64,000 bases of DNA from Candidatus Omnitrophota bacterium (GCA_029261055.1 JAJDCA010000014.1:143984-207983); one strand, 5' to 3'; shown: positions 29,636-39,921, counted from the first letter of the stretch. Notes: a model not told the origin generated them from the sequence alone. Program-made: numbers and translations.

Positions 29636-30380
29636 ACGTATAATTCCTTGCTTAGATGTTAAAGACGGCCGTGTCGTTAAGGGTGTTAATTTTGTCGATT
29701 TACGTGATGCCGGTGATCCGGTAGCGATTGCGGAGATGTACGACAAGCAAAAGGCTGATGAGATTGTATTCTTGGATATTACGGCCAGTCATGAAAAACG
29801 TGGTATTATGCTGGATATCGTTAAGCAAACAGCCGAAAAAGTTTTTATGCCTTTAACCGTTGGAGGAGGGATTCGGAATTTGGATGATATCCGGGACTTG
29901 CTCAAAGCAGGAGCTGATAAAATATCGATGAATACGTCGGCCGTTCAAAATCCTGAGCTTATTCGAGAGGCAGCCGAGAAGTTTGGGAGCCAATGTATTG
30001 TCATTGCTGTTGACGGTAAAAAGGTTAATGATAATTGGGAAGTTTTTATTCATGGGGGTCGAACTCCAACGGGTAAAGATGCTATTGAATGGGTTCGTCA
30101 GGTTGAATCTTTAGGCGCTGGGGAAATTTTGCTGACGAGTATGGACTTTGACGGTACAAAGAACGGTTATGATGTTGCCTTGACAGATGCGGTTTGCCAG
30201 GCTGTTAATATTCCCGTTATTGCTTCAGGTGGGGCCGGAAAGTTAGATGATTTTTACAATGTATTTGCTCAAACGCAGGCTGATGCAGCTCTTGCAGCTT
30301 CTGTGTTTCATTATGGTGAATTTTTAATTAGTGATGTTAAACAGCATTTAAGCAAAAAGGAAGTGGAGGTCAGAATATGA
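29625..30380 (+). CDS. hisF: Imidazole glycerol phosphate synthase, cyclase subunit
   Basis: [30 protein letters not shown]. Confidence 0.95.
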   Translation: MLTKRIIPCLDVKDGRVVKGVNFVDLRDAGDPVAIAEMYDKQKADEIVFLDITASHEKRGIMLDIVKQTAEKVFMPLTVGGGIRNLDDIRDLLKAGADKISMNTSAVQNPELIREAAEKFGSQCIVIAVDGKKVNDNWEVFIHGGRTPTGKDAIEWVRQVESLGAGEILLTSMDFDGTKNGYDVALTDAVCQAVNIPVIASGGAGKLDDFYNVFAQTQADAALAASVFHYGEFLISDVKQHLSKKEVEVRI

Positions 30381-30730
30381 AAGAAATCGAGAAAATTCAA
30401 ATTACACCGCGGACGATAAAGAAGTTAACGTTTAACAAAGATGGCCTCATTCCAACTATCGTACAAGATTACAAAACCAAAGATGTTTTGATGATGGCGT
30501 ACATGAATTTAGATTCTTTAAAAGAAACGCTGAAAGGTGGAAAGACGTGTTTTTGGTCTCGTTCTCGTAAAGAATATTGGGTCAAAGGTATGACTTCAGG
30601 GCATTTTCAATTTGTTAAGGGCGTGTATTATGACTGCGATTGTGATACCCTTTTGATTAAAGTGCGGCAAGTGGGTTTTCCGTGTCATACATTCAAGAAA
30701 ACATGTTTTTACAGGAAAATTAAAACATAA
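30377..30730 (+). CDS. hisI: Phosphoribosyl-AMP cyclohydrolase (HisI domain only, no HisE fusion)
   Basis: 117 aa: [20 protein letters not shown] and the Cys-rich metal site DCDCDTLL. Confidence 0.85.
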   Translation: MKEIEKIQITPRTIKKLTFNKDGLIPTIVQDYKTKDVLMMAYMNLDSLKETLKGGKTCFWSRSRKEYWVKGMTSGHFQFVKGVYYDCDCDTLLIKVRQVGFPCHTFKKTCFYRKIKT

Positions 30731-32247
30731 TGTATTATCCTTCTCAAAATGAATTTTTGAAATTAACAAAAAAAGGTAACCTTATTCCAGTTTACAAGGA
30801 AATCCTTGGCGACCTGGAAACGCCTGTTTCTGCATATATGAAGATAGCCAAGAAGGCTAAGTATTCTTTTTTGCTGGAGTCTGTTGAGGGAGAAGAAAAA
30901 ATATCTCAGTTTTCTTTTTTGGCTCGCAATCCAGATTTGATTTTGAGAACAAAAGAAGGGGCTGTTGAGATTACACGTTTTCAAAATGGGAAAGCTGTTA
31001 CTCAAAAATATCCCATGAAAGATACCCCGCTTTCGTTCATACGTGAAATTATGCAGCAATATCGCTTTGTCAATATTGACGGCTTACCCAGGTTTTGTGG
31101 TGGTATGGTGGGTTATTTAAGTTATGATGTGGTCCGTTTCTTTGAAAAATTGCCGAAAAAAACAGTTGATGATCTTAAATTGCCGGATACCTTATTAGTT
31201 TTAGCTAAGAATCTTATTATATTCGATCATCGTAATCATAAGATAAAAGTGGTGAGTTGTGTTCATATTGATTCTAAAAGTTCTCAAAAAATACATGCAA
31301 AAGAGTATAAAAAGGCCCTAAAGGATATTGATCAGCTGGTTGAGCAACTAAATCGACCTTTGAGTATTTCTAAAAATAAAGATGGACGAAATGCCTCAAA
31401 ATCGTTAGAATTATCGGTCAAATCTAACCTGACCCAGCGAGAATTTGAAAATATTGTCCGTGAGGCCAAAAAGCAGATTCGGGCCGGTGAAATTATTCAG
31501 GTAGTTCTTTCTCAGCGATTTTGTATTGATTTAAAAACAGACCCGTTAAATTTGTATCGAACCTTACGTGTGTTGAATCCTTCACCGTATATGTACTATT
31601 TGAATTTCGACGGTTTACAGATTATCGGTTCTTCGCCGGAACTCCTTGTGCGATGTGAAGATGGTGTTGTGGATACACGTCCTATTGCCGGAACGCGACC
31701 ACGGGGCAAGGATGAAAAAGAGGATGATTTTTTAGCTAAGGATCTTCTTAATGATCCAAAAGAAAAGGCCGAACATATTATGCTAGTGGATTTAGGCCGA
31801 AATGATTTGGGGCGGGTTTGCCGTAAAGGGACTGTAAAATTATCTGAATTTATGCAAGTTGAAAAATATTCCCATGTGATGCATATTGTTAGTAATGTTA
31901 AAGGGAAGTTAAATTCCGGTAAGGATGCATTTGACGTATTAAGTGCTGCTTTTCCAGCTGGGACAGTATCCGGAGCCCCTAAGATTCGTGCCATGGAAAT
32001 TATTGAAGGATTAGAATCGGTGCAGAGAGGGCCTTATGCTGGCTGTATCGGGTACTTCAGTTTTTCCGGAAATTTAGATACATGCATTACGATTCGTACT
32101 ATTGTGGCAAGTAATAAAAAAGCTTATGTTCAGGCTGGGGCAGGAATTGTCGCCGATTCTCAGCCTAAAAAAGAATATCAGGAAACAATCAATAAAGCCA
32201 AGGCGCAGCTTCATGCAATTCAATTGGCACATAATTTGATAATCTAA
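30730..32247 (+). CDS. Anthranilate synthase component I family protein (TrpE/PabB-type chorismate-utilising enzyme)
   Basis: 505 aa with the conserved C-terminal chorismate-binding region (IAGTRPRG, LVDLGRNDLGRV, GAPKIRAMEII, GYFSFSGNLDTCITIRT). TrpE cannot be told from PabB on sequence here, and no trpG or trpD follows. Confidence 0.8.
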   Translation: MYYPSQNEFLKLTKKGNLIPVYKEILGDLETPVSAYMKIAKKAKYSFLLESVEGEEKISQFSFLARNPDLILRTKEGAVEITRFQNGKAVTQKYPMKDTPLSFIREIMQQYRFVNIDGLPRFCGGMVGYLSYDVVRFFEKLPKKTVDDLKLPDTLLVLAKNLIIFDHRNHKIKVVSCVHIDSKSSQKIHAKEYKKALKDIDQLVEQLNRPLSISKNKDGRNASKSLELSVKSNLTQREFENIVREAKKQIRAGEIIQVVLSQRFCIDLKTDPLNLYRTLRVLNPSPYMYYLNFDGLQIIGSSPELLVRCEDGVVDTRPIAGTRPRGKDEKEDDFLAKDLLNDPKEKAEHIMLVDLGRNDLGRVCRKGTVKLSEFMQVEKYSHVMHIVSNVKGKLNSGKDAFDVLSAAFPAGTVSGAPKIRAMEIIEGLESVQRGPYAGCIGYFSFSGNLDTCITIRTIVASNKKAYVQAGAGIVADSQPKKEYQETINKAKAQLHAIQLAHNLII

Positions 32248-32284
32248 AAATAGTTATCAAATATTTAATTAAAAAGGAGTAATT

Positions 32285-32530
32285 ATGGAAGTTAGAATAC
32301 GATTACAAAGATCAAAAGCAGCAAAGAAGCGTTACAATTACCGTGTGGTAGCTATTAGCCGCTCTACAGCACGAGATGGCCGTCATTTAGAAATTTTAGG
32401 ACATTATGATGCGGCTCAAAAGCCAGCGGCTGTTTCTATTAATCAAGAAAAGCTTGACCAATGGATTCAAAAAGGAGCTCGAATGAGCAACACTGTCCGA
32501 TCATTGGTAAAGAATTTGAATAAAAACTAA
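32285..32530 (+). CDS. rpsP: 30S ribosomal protein S16
   Basis: MEVRIRLQRSKAAKKRYNYRVVAISRSTARDGRHLEILGHYD is the typical S16 N-terminus. Confidence 0.9.
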   Translation: MEVRIRLQRSKAAKKRYNYRVVAISRSTARDGRHLEILGHYDAAQKPAAVSINQEKLDQWIQKGARMSNTVRSLVKNLNKN

Positions 32531-32541
32531 AGGAGTTAAGC

Positions 32542-32832
32542 ATGCCTACAGAACAAGCTGCCGCAGCATCTGCGCAATCTCCATTTTTTCAATATATCCC
32601 TTTTGTTCTTATTTTTTTCATTTTCTATTTTTTGGTTTTTAAGCCGGAAAAAAAGAAGAAAAAAGAACGTGAGGATATGAAAAGTAATTTAAAGAAAAAT
32701 GACCGTGTTGTAACCTCCGGAGGCATTCATGGGACAGTTGTTAGTCTTAAAGAAAAATCGGTTATGGTTCGTGTCGATGATAATGTAAAACTAGAGTTAG
32801 ATAAAGAATCTATCTCAACTGTTATTAAATAA
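32542..32832 (+). CDS. yajC: Preprotein translocase accessory subunit YajC
   Basis: 96 aa with an N-terminal TM and the motif VVTSGGIHGTVVSLKEKSVMV. Lies immediately upstream of secDF, the conserved arrangement. Confidence 0.75.
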   Translation: MPTEQAAAASAQSPFFQYIPFVLIFFIFYFLVFKPEKKKKKEREDMKSNLKKNDRVVTSGGIHGTVVSLKEKSVMVRVDDNVKLELDKESISTVIK

Positions 32833-32844
32833 GTCGGAGGTATT

Positions 32845-35049
32845 ATGACCAAGAATCTTAGAAATAGAGCCCTCATTATTTTAGGTGTTATTGTAGCGGC
32901 TATTTATTTAACTTTTCCCATTCAGAAGCGTATCAACCTTGGCCTTGATTTAAAGGGGGGGATGCATCTTGTCCTTAAAGTCGATACAGAGGAGTTAGAG
33001 GATGATGCTAAAAGTGATGCGGTATTGCGGGCCATAGAAATTCTACGAAATCGTATTGATAGCATTGGTGTGGGTGAGACTGTGATTCAACGTCAGGGTG
33101 AAAATGAGATTCTTGTTCAACTTCCAGGTGTGACAAATCGTGATCAGGCTATTGATTTGATTGGGCGCGTAGCTCAATTGGAATTTCGTGTTGTGGATGA
33201 TGATCCGAATAATTTAAAACAAGCTCTTGAAGGTGACATTCCTAAGGGATTTATTTTAAAATATACCAAGGATGATAAAGAACCTATTCTTCTTAAGGAT
33301 CAGGTTGCGTTGAGCGGGGAAACCATTGCGGATGCCAGTGTAGATTTTGATTCCACCGGTTTTGGACAACCTCAAATTTCATTAAAATTTAATACGCAGG
33401 GGAGCAGTGCCTTTGGTGTGATTACAAAACACAATGTAGGTCGACGATTAGCTATTATTATGGATGATGAAGTTCTTTCAGCCCCAAACATTAATGAAGC
33501 TATTTTAGGCGGGAAGGCTCAAATTACAGGTCAATTTTCTTTTGAAGAAGCTTCTGTATTAGCGTTGGCACTTCGTTCTGGTGCATTACCGGCGCCTATG
33601 CATATTGAAGAAGAGAGAACCATTGGTCCTCTTCTAGGGAAAGATTCTATTAACGCTGGAATTAATGCCACACTTATTGGAATAGCATTAGTCTTTAGTT
33701 TCATGCTTATTTATTATCTAAAAGCCGGTATGGTTTCGAATGTAGCGTTAATGCTGAATCTTCTTTTCCTTTTTGGAGCTATGGGGTTTTTGAATCTTAT
33801 GCTTCCAGAGGCGCAATTAACCTTAACCTTACCGGGTATTGCGGGGATTATTTTAACTTTAGGGATGGCGGTTGATGCCAATGTTCTTATTAATGAGCGT
33901 ATTCGGGAGGAAATTGATAATGGGCGTCCGCTTAAGGCCGCGATTAATAATGGGTTTAATAAAGCCCTTAAAGCCATTGTGGATTCCAACACAACAACAC
34001 TTATTGCCGCGTTTATGCTGTTTCAGTTTGGTTCTGGACCTATTAAAGGCTTTGCAGTGACTTTATCTCTTGGTCTTATTGTCAGTCTTTTTACCTCCTT
34101 GTTTGTCACGCGGACATTATTTAATGTCCTTTTGGATTGGAAGTTATTAAAAAGTCTTCCGATGATGGGATTGTTTTCCGGGTTTAAAATTAATTTTGTT
34201 TCCAAGCGTTATGTTTGCTATGTTATTTCTGCGCTACTTATTGTAGGTAGCATTTATGCATTAATGCAAAAAAAAGATAAGGCTTTTGGAATTGATTTTG
34301 TTGGGGGTCAAATTCAGGAATATCGGTTCCAAAATCCTATTCAGGCTGATAATTTGAGGGAAGCCCTTAAGCAAGTGGGGCTTGATGATGCGGTCATTCA
34401 GCAGTTTGATCAATCTCCTGGGGATGTGATTATTCGTACTTCTAACGATACGTACGATAAAGTCGTGGGGGCCTTTAAGCAAGATTTTCCAGACAATAGT
34501 TTTGAGATACTAAGAATCGAGAAAGTTGGTCCTGTAGTCGGAAAGTCTTTGCGTAAGGCTGCTATATTAGCGATTGTCTTTGCTCTTGGAGGTATTTTTA
34601 TTTTTGTCGGTTTTCGGTTTAAACATTTTGATTTTGCAACCGCCGGCATCATTGCTTTGTTGCATGATGTATTTGTGACACTCGGAATTTTGATTATGAT
34701 GGGCCGTCAAATTGATCTTTTGGTTGTGACGGCGCTTTTGACCATTGCGGGGTACTCGATTAATGATACGATCATTATTTATGACCGTGTACGTGAAAAT
34801 TTAGCCAAAGACAAAAAGATGGGCTTGGCTGATTTGATTAACTTAAGTATTAATCAAACGCTAGGACGGACATTGCTTACCACCATCACCACACTTTTAG
34901 TGGTTGTTACTTTATTTTTACGCGGTGGCGAAGTCTTAAATACCTTTGCCCTGTGTCTTATGATCGGCTTTATTGCTGGAACCTATTCCACCATTTTCAT
35001 CGCATCCCCACTCGTTTTGGCGTGGGAGAAGAAGAAAATAAGAAAGTAA
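32845..35049 (+). CDS. secDF: Fused protein-export membrane protein SecDF
   Basis: 734 aa: a SecD periplasmic domain plus 6 TM (GLDLKGG, LPGIAGIILTLGMAVDANVLINERIRE), then a SecF-like second half (GIDFVGG, LHDVFVTLGI, GYSINDTIIIYDRVRE). Confidence 0.9.
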   Translation: MTKNLRNRALIILGVIVAAIYLTFPIQKRINLGLDLKGGMHLVLKVDTEELEDDAKSDAVLRAIEILRNRIDSIGVGETVIQRQGENEILVQLPGVTNRDQAIDLIGRVAQLEFRVVDDDPNNLKQALEGDIPKGFILKYTKDDKEPILLKDQVALSGETIADASVDFDSTGFGQPQISLKFNTQGSSAFGVITKHNVGRRLAIIMDDEVLSAPNINEAILGGKAQITGQFSFEEASVLALALRSGALPAPMHIEEERTIGPLLGKDSINAGINATLIGIALVFSFMLIYYLKAGMVSNVALMLNLLFLFGAMGFLNLMLPEAQLTLTLPGIAGIILTLGMAVDANVLINERIREEIDNGRPLKAAINNGFNKALKAIVDSNTTTLIAAFMLFQFGSGPIKGFAVTLSLGLIVSLFTSLFVTRTLFNVLLDWKLLKSLPMMGLFSGFKINFVSKRYVCYVISALLIVGSIYALMQKKDKAFGIDFVGGQIQEYRFQNPIQADNLREALKQVGLDDAVIQQFDQSPGDVIIRTSNDTYDKVVGAFKQDFPDNSFEILRIEKVGPVVGKSLRKAAILAIVFALGGIFIFVGFRFKHFDFATAGIIALLHDVFVTLGILIMMGRQIDLLVVTALLTIAGYSINDTIIIYDRVRENLAKDKKMGLADLINLSINQTLGRTLLTTITTLLVVVTLFLRGGEVLNTFALCLMIGFIAGTYSTIFIASPLVLAWEKKKIRK

Positions 35050-35084
35050 TAAATAGAATTTCATTATTAAGTATTCCAAACAAA

Positions 35085-35117
35085 ATGGCCACCTTAATAG
35101 GTGGCTATTTTTTTTTG
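35085..35117 (+). terminator. Rho-independent terminator downstream of secDF
   Basis: 9-bp stem with one mismatch (atggccacc / ggtggctat), loop ttaata, followed by a run of about 9 T. Confidence 0.7.
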
Positions 35118-35232
35118 AATGATGCGCTCTGATGGTGATTACTGTTGGATTATTTATATTATTAAATCGTTAATTTTATAAATTGTCCTTAAAATGGTAA
35201 AATCAATTTAGCCAAGATCAATTTAAAATGAC

Positions 35233-37158
35233 ATGCCTGGTGCGATATCTCAAACTTTTAAATCTCTCGAACTTTTTGTTGGGCAGACGGTTTCGCTTGA
35301 TGATGTATTGAATAATTTAGCGGCTTTTCGGTATCGTAAGGTTCGCAAGGCGATTCGGTCTGGGGACTTTAGTCAGCGTGGGGGAGTTCTAGAAGTTTAT
35401 CCCACGAAGTTTGATTCGCCGGTACGTATTGATTTTGACGATGACAAAATTCGGGCGATTGCGAGTGTCAACATTGCTACCGGCACGTCGATTTGGCAGC
35501 ACAAGATTGTTATTATCCTTCCTAATAAGGCGGAAAAGAAAGAGGTTTTTTCTGCCGATGTTCCTCTAAATAATTTTGTCAATATTCAAGAAGGTGATTA
35601 TGTTGTGCATAATAATCACGGTATAGGGCGATTTCTTGGCATTGAACATGTTGATGTCGGGGATGCTGCGAAAGAACATTTGGTTATTGAATACAAGGGC
35701 GGGGATAAGCTTTTTGTCCCAAAGCATGATATCCGGTTGGTTCAGAAATATATTGGTCTTAGCAAAAGGCCGCCACGACTGTTTAAGTTAGGAAGTAAGG
35801 AATGGAAGCGCATACGGACACAAATTCAAAAACGTTTACAAAAAATAGCATCTGAACTTTTGCATATTCAGGCGGTACGAGCGAGTTTAAAAGGGTTTAG
35901 TTTTTCCAAAGATAATGATTGGCAAAAAGAATTTGAAAAAGGATTTCCTTTTAAGGAAACTCCGGATCAGTTGACCTCCACACTTGAAATGAAATTCGAT
36001 ATGGAGTCTGCACGACCAATGGACCGTCTTTTATGTGGGGATGTTGGTTATGGTAAAACAGAAGTTGCTTTAAGAGCTGCTTTTAAAGCGGTGATGGATA
36101 ATAAGCAGGTTGTGGTTTTGGTACCCACCACAATCCTTGCGGAGCAACATTATTTGAATTTTTCAAATCGTATGAAGAAATATCCTGTAAATGTGGCCAT
36201 GTTGAGTCGTTTTCGGACTAAGCAAGAGCAGTCCGCTACTATTAAAGAATGTTGTGAAGGGCGTGTTGATATTGTCATTGGAACGCATCGCTTATTATCC
36301 AAAGATATTGCGTTTAAAGATTTGGGGTTAATCATTATTGATGAGGAACAGCGTTTTGGTGTTACAGCAAAAGAACGTCTCAAGCATTTACGTTTATTGG
36401 CGGATATTTTGACATTAACTGCAACGCCGATTCCTCGGACGCTTTACATGGCTTTGTCTGGGTCTCGAGATATGTCCGTTATTTCTACAGCCCCTCAAAA
36501 TCGTACAGCCGTTAAGACACATGTTGTTGAATTTGATGAGGATTTGATTCAGGAGGTGATTCAAAGAGAATTAGATCGAAGGGGGCAGGTGTTTTTTTTG
36601 CATAATCGCGTGGAGGATATTACAGTGATTGCGAATACAATCCATCGTTTGGTGCCCAATGCACGGGTTGCGACGGCTCATGGGCAGATGCCAGCAAAAT
36701 TATTAGAAGAGATTATGATAAAATTTTTAAAAGGGGAAATAGAGGTTTTGGTATGCACAACGATCATCGGGTCAGGTATTGATATTCCTAATGCGAATAC
36801 ATTGATTATTAATCGTGCCGATCATTTTGGGTTGGCGGATCTACATCAATTACGTGGACGTGTGGGACGTTCTGAAAAAGAAGCGTATGCTTACTTCATA
36901 GTGCCGCCACGAAAAGTTTTATCAGATCAGGCAAAGGCGCGTATTGAGGCCATTGAAAAATACAGTGAGTTAGGCTCGGGTTTTCAAATTGCTTTTGAAG
37001 ATATGCAGCTTAGAGGGGCAGGAAATCTTTTAGGTCAAGAACAACATGGATATGTCTCCGCTATCGGCTTTGACCTGTATTGCCGATTATTAAAAGAATC
37101 AGTTGAAAATTTGAAGAAAACTAAGTATAAAGTAGGAGATGATTATGAAAAAAATTAA
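35233..37158 (+). CDS. mfd: Transcription-repair coupling factor Mfd, compact form lacking the N-terminal UvrB-homology domains
   Basis: 641 aa. Starts near the RNAP-interacting CarD-like domain (GDYVVHNNHGIGRFLGIEHV...KGGDKLFVP), followed by a SF2 helicase (GDVGYGKTEVALRAA, DEEQRFGV, QLRGRVGRS) and a short TRCF-like tail. The upstream 183 bp is non-coding and contains the secDF terminator. Confidence 0.8.
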   Translation: MPGAISQTFKSLELFVGQTVSLDDVLNNLAAFRYRKVRKAIRSGDFSQRGGVLEVYPTKFDSPVRIDFDDDKIRAIASVNIATGTSIWQHKIVIILPNKAEKKEVFSADVPLNNFVNIQEGDYVVHNNHGIGRFLGIEHVDVGDAAKEHLVIEYKGGDKLFVPKHDIRLVQKYIGLSKRPPRLFKLGSKEWKRIRTQIQKRLQKIASELLHIQAVRASLKGFSFSKDNDWQKEFEKGFPFKETPDQLTSTLEMKFDMESARPMDRLLCGDVGYGKTEVALRAAFKAVMDNKQVVVLVPTTILAEQHYLNFSNRMKKYPVNVAMLSRFRTKQEQSATIKECCEGRVDIVIGTHRLLSKDIAFKDLGLIIIDEEQRFGVTAKERLKHLRLLADILTLTATPIPRTLYMALSGSRDMSVISTAPQNRTAVKTHVVEFDEDLIQEVIQRELDRRGQVFFLHNRVEDITVIANTIHRLVPNARVATAHGQMPAKLLEEIMIKFLKGEIEVLVCTTIIGSGIDIPNANTLIINRADHFGLADLHQLRGRVGRSEKEAYAYFIVPPRKVLSDQAKARIEAIEKYSELGSGFQIAFEDMQLRGAGNLLGQEQHGYVSAIGFDLYCRLLKESVENLKKTKYKVGDDYEKN

Positions 37159-38092
37159 AAAAATAGGATTATCTATCTTTCTTTTTACCTCTCTTTTTTT
37201 AGGGGTATTGTCTCCACATGGCTTGGCCATGGATGATGGTATCATTGCCGTTGTCAATGATGAAGTCATTACGCTTAAAGATTTGCATGATTACATTCGT
37301 CAGACATACATTGGTCTAGTTGCGGAAGGTGTTAGAGGTCCACAATTGAAAGACATTATGCTTGATTTGGAAAAAAATGGCATAAACAAGCTGATTGAAG
37401 ATAAGATCATATTAACGAAGGCTAATGAAATAGGCATGGAGGTGCGGGATAAATTGATTGATCAGCGTGTTGCACGCGTTAAAAGCCGGTATGCGTCAGA
37501 GCAGGATTTTTTGAATTCGCTTATTGAGCATGGGGCCACGGTAACAGATCTACGTAATAAAATTTTAGAGCAATTAAAAATAAAATATGTCATTGATCAT
37601 GAAGTTAAGGCTAAAATTTTTGTTAACCCTCAAGAAGTTACGGATTTTTATGAACAAAATAAAAAAGATTTTTTGAGAAAAGAACGTGTGAATGTAGATT
37701 CTATTTATATTATGACGGATAACGATAAAGCCGGCGCTGAAAAAAAGGCTAAAGAGGCGTTAAGTTTTCTTCAAGAAGGAAAAGACTTTAAAACTATTTC
37801 TGAACAGTATTCTGATACTCCGTCAGTTGGAATCGTGGAGAAGGGACAATTTTTACCGGAGATTGAAGATGTGATATTTGCTTTGGAGGAAGGGCAAATA
37901 TCTTCTTTGGTTGAAGTTGAGTCAGGATATTACATTTTTAAACCCATCGGAAAGATTCCTGCTAGTATTGCCAGCCTCAGAGAAGTGAACGACACTGTTT
38001 TTAATCTGCTTTACAAAAATAAGTTCCGCCAGCGTTTCACCAATTGGTTAGATAAATTAAAAAAGCAAGCGTATATTGAAATTAAGCACTAA
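37139..38092 (+). CDS. SurA-like periplasmic chaperone / parvulin-type peptidyl-prolyl isomerase
   Basis: Signal peptide followed by a SurA N-domain and one PpiC/parvulin domain. The gene order surA-pdxA-ksgA matches the conserved E. coli arrangement. Confidence 0.7.
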   Translation: MIMKKIKKIGLSIFLFTSLFLGVLSPHGLAMDDGIIAVVNDEVITLKDLHDYIRQTYIGLVAEGVRGPQLKDIMLDLEKNGINKLIEDKIILTKANEIGMEVRDKLIDQRVARVKSRYASEQDFLNSLIEHGATVTDLRNKILEQLKIKYVIDHEVKAKIFVNPQEVTDFYEQNKKDFLRKERVNVDSIYIMTDNDKAGAEKKAKEALSFLQEGKDFKTISEQYSDTPSVGIVEKGQFLPEIEDVIFALEEGQISSLVEVESGYYIFKPIGKIPASIASLREVNDTVFNLLYKNKFRQRFTNWLDKLKKQAYIEIKH

Positions 38093-39023
38093 AAAAACAA
38101 TAGCCATAACTCTTGGTGATCCTGGTGGTATTGGGCCTGAAGTTGTAGCTAAGGCTCTCGCAAAACCATCGCTCCGCCGTTTGGCACATTTTCAAATTAT
38201 CGGTGACGAAGCTCCTTATCGGCGTTATTTTTCTTCACAATTTAAGAATTGTTCCTTTGTAGATTGTAAAAGTCTTTCGGTGAAATCTTGGAAAATCGGA
38301 CGCCCAACACGTGTTGGGGCGCGTGCTTCATTAGATTATCTTAATAAAGCCATTGAGCTTTTGAAAAATAAAACTGTTTCTGCCTTGGTCACTGCGCCTG
38401 TTTGTAAAGAATCTATTTGTGTTTTGGATTCGGGTTTTCAAGGGCACACAGAATTTTTAGCGCAGGCTTTTCATACGCCTCATGTGGGTATGATGTTTGT
38501 GAGTCAAGGTTTAAGGACTATTCTTGTAACACGTCATATCCCGCTTAACCAAGTCAGTAAGGCTGTGACATCTTCAAAGGTGTATGAAACGATTGCACTG
38601 ACAGACCACGCCCTTAGGTCTTATTTTGGTATTCAAAAGCCAGTTGTTGCCGTGTGTGGGTTAAATCCACATGCAGGGGAAGGGGGAACTATCGGAAAAG
38701 AAGAAATAACGCATATTATTCCAGCCATAAAAAAAGCACATAAAAATAAGATGAGGGTAGAGGGCCCCTTTGCTGCAGATACATTATTTTCTCCGGAAGC
38801 AGGTTGTTCGTATGATGCTATTGTGGCTATGTATCATGACCAAGGTCTTATCGGTGTAAAAACACAAGCTTTTACAAAACTTGTCAATTTGACAATTGGA
38901 TTGCCTTTTGTCCGTACATCTCCGGCTCATGGAACAGCATTTAATATTGCTGGAACAGAAAAAGCTGATTCGTCTTCTATGTGCGAGGCCATTAAATTAG
39001 CTGTTGAATTATCCGCTTCATGA
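38076..39023 (+). CDS. pdxA: 4-hydroxythreonine-4-phosphate dehydrogenase PdxA
   Basis: ITLGDPGGIGPEVV and HxGxEG metal-site motifs (NPHAGEGG; MYHDQGL). Confidence 0.85.
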   Translation: MKLSTKKTIAITLGDPGGIGPEVVAKALAKPSLRRLAHFQIIGDEAPYRRYFSSQFKNCSFVDCKSLSVKSWKIGRPTRVGARASLDYLNKAIELLKNKTVSALVTAPVCKESICVLDSGFQGHTEFLAQAFHTPHVGMMFVSQGLRTILVTRHIPLNQVSKAVTSSKVYETIALTDHALRSYFGIQKPVVAVCGLNPHAGEGGTIGKEEITHIIPAIKKAHKNKMRVEGPFAADTLFSPEAGCSYDAIVAMYHDQGLIGVKTQAFTKLVNLTIGLPFVRTSPAHGTAFNIAGTEKADSSSMCEAIKLAVELSAS

Positions 39024-39805
39024 AACCTATTACTCCAAAGAAAAGTTTAGGACAAAATTTTCTCGTAAATTCTAGAATACAAGAACGTATTATTGCGGCA
39101 TGTGATTTGCAAACGGATGAAACTGTATTAGAAATTGGGCCGGGTAAGGGGGCGTTAACACAAAAAATTATTGAACAGGTTAAGCTAGTATTAGCTATTG
39201 AAAAAGATAAACGGTGTGTTGATCACCTCTGCGGGCAAATGGAAGGAAAGAGCATCGAAATTGTTCATGCAGATATTCTTGCATATCCTTTTGAAAGTTT
39301 ACAACCCAAGACAAAAATTATTGGTAATTTACCCTACAATATTGCCACACCTATTATTGAAAAATTTTTAAAGCATCGAAAACGATTTTCTGCATTTTAC
39401 ATGACGGTTCAGCTTGAATACGGACAACGCATGGCCGCTAAACCGAATGCAAAAAAGGCAAAGGTGTATGGCGCATTTAGTTGTTTTGTGCAGTATTATG
39501 CAGATGTGAAAATGTTATTTAAAATTAAAAATACGGCTTTTCATCCTGTTCCTAAAGTTGAGTCTTGTTTTCTCAAACTTACTCCTCGAGAGCCGCAATG
39601 GAAGGCTGAGAATGAGGAGTTTCTTTTTCGTTTGATTCGAACATGTTTTAGTCAACGTCGAAAAACAATTTTGAACTCTTTGTCGAGTATTGTAGATAAG
39701 AAAACGATGAAGCCTGTGTTGGGTAAATTACAAATTCATCCGACATTAAGAGCCGAAAATTTAAGTCTGGAAAAATTTGTACATCTCGCGAATGCTCTTG
39801 TTTAA
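39020..39805 (+). CDS. rsmA: 16S rRNA (adenine1518/1519-N6)-dimethyltransferase RsmA/KsgA
   Basis: LGQNFL, EIGPGKGALT, IGNLPYNI. Confidence 0.9.
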   Translation: MKPITPKKSLGQNFLVNSRIQERIIAACDLQTDETVLEIGPGKGALTQKIIEQVKLVLAIEKDKRCVDHLCGQMEGKSIEIVHADILAYPFESLQPKTKIIGNLPYNIATPIIEKFLKHRKRFSAFYMTVQLEYGQRMAAKPNAKKAKVYGAFSCFVQYYADVKMLFKIKNTAFHPVPKVESCFLKLTPREPQWKAENEEFLFRLIRTCFSQRRKTILNSLSSIVDKKTMKPVLGKLQIHPTLRAENLSLEKFVHLANALV

Positions 39806-39921
39806 TTAAGAGCTTGGCCTAAAAGTTATTCTGCCAATCTCCAAAGCGGGTTTAATTCCCCGAGGCTTGCCTCGTTTGTAAAGGCGTAGTTCAATACCTC
39901 GAGGGCTTGCTTCGAGGTAGT

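Noticed and set aside
31596-31994. 132-aa minus-strand ORF within trpE/pabB
   Set aside because: It is antisense to a strongly conserved coding region and has no independent support.
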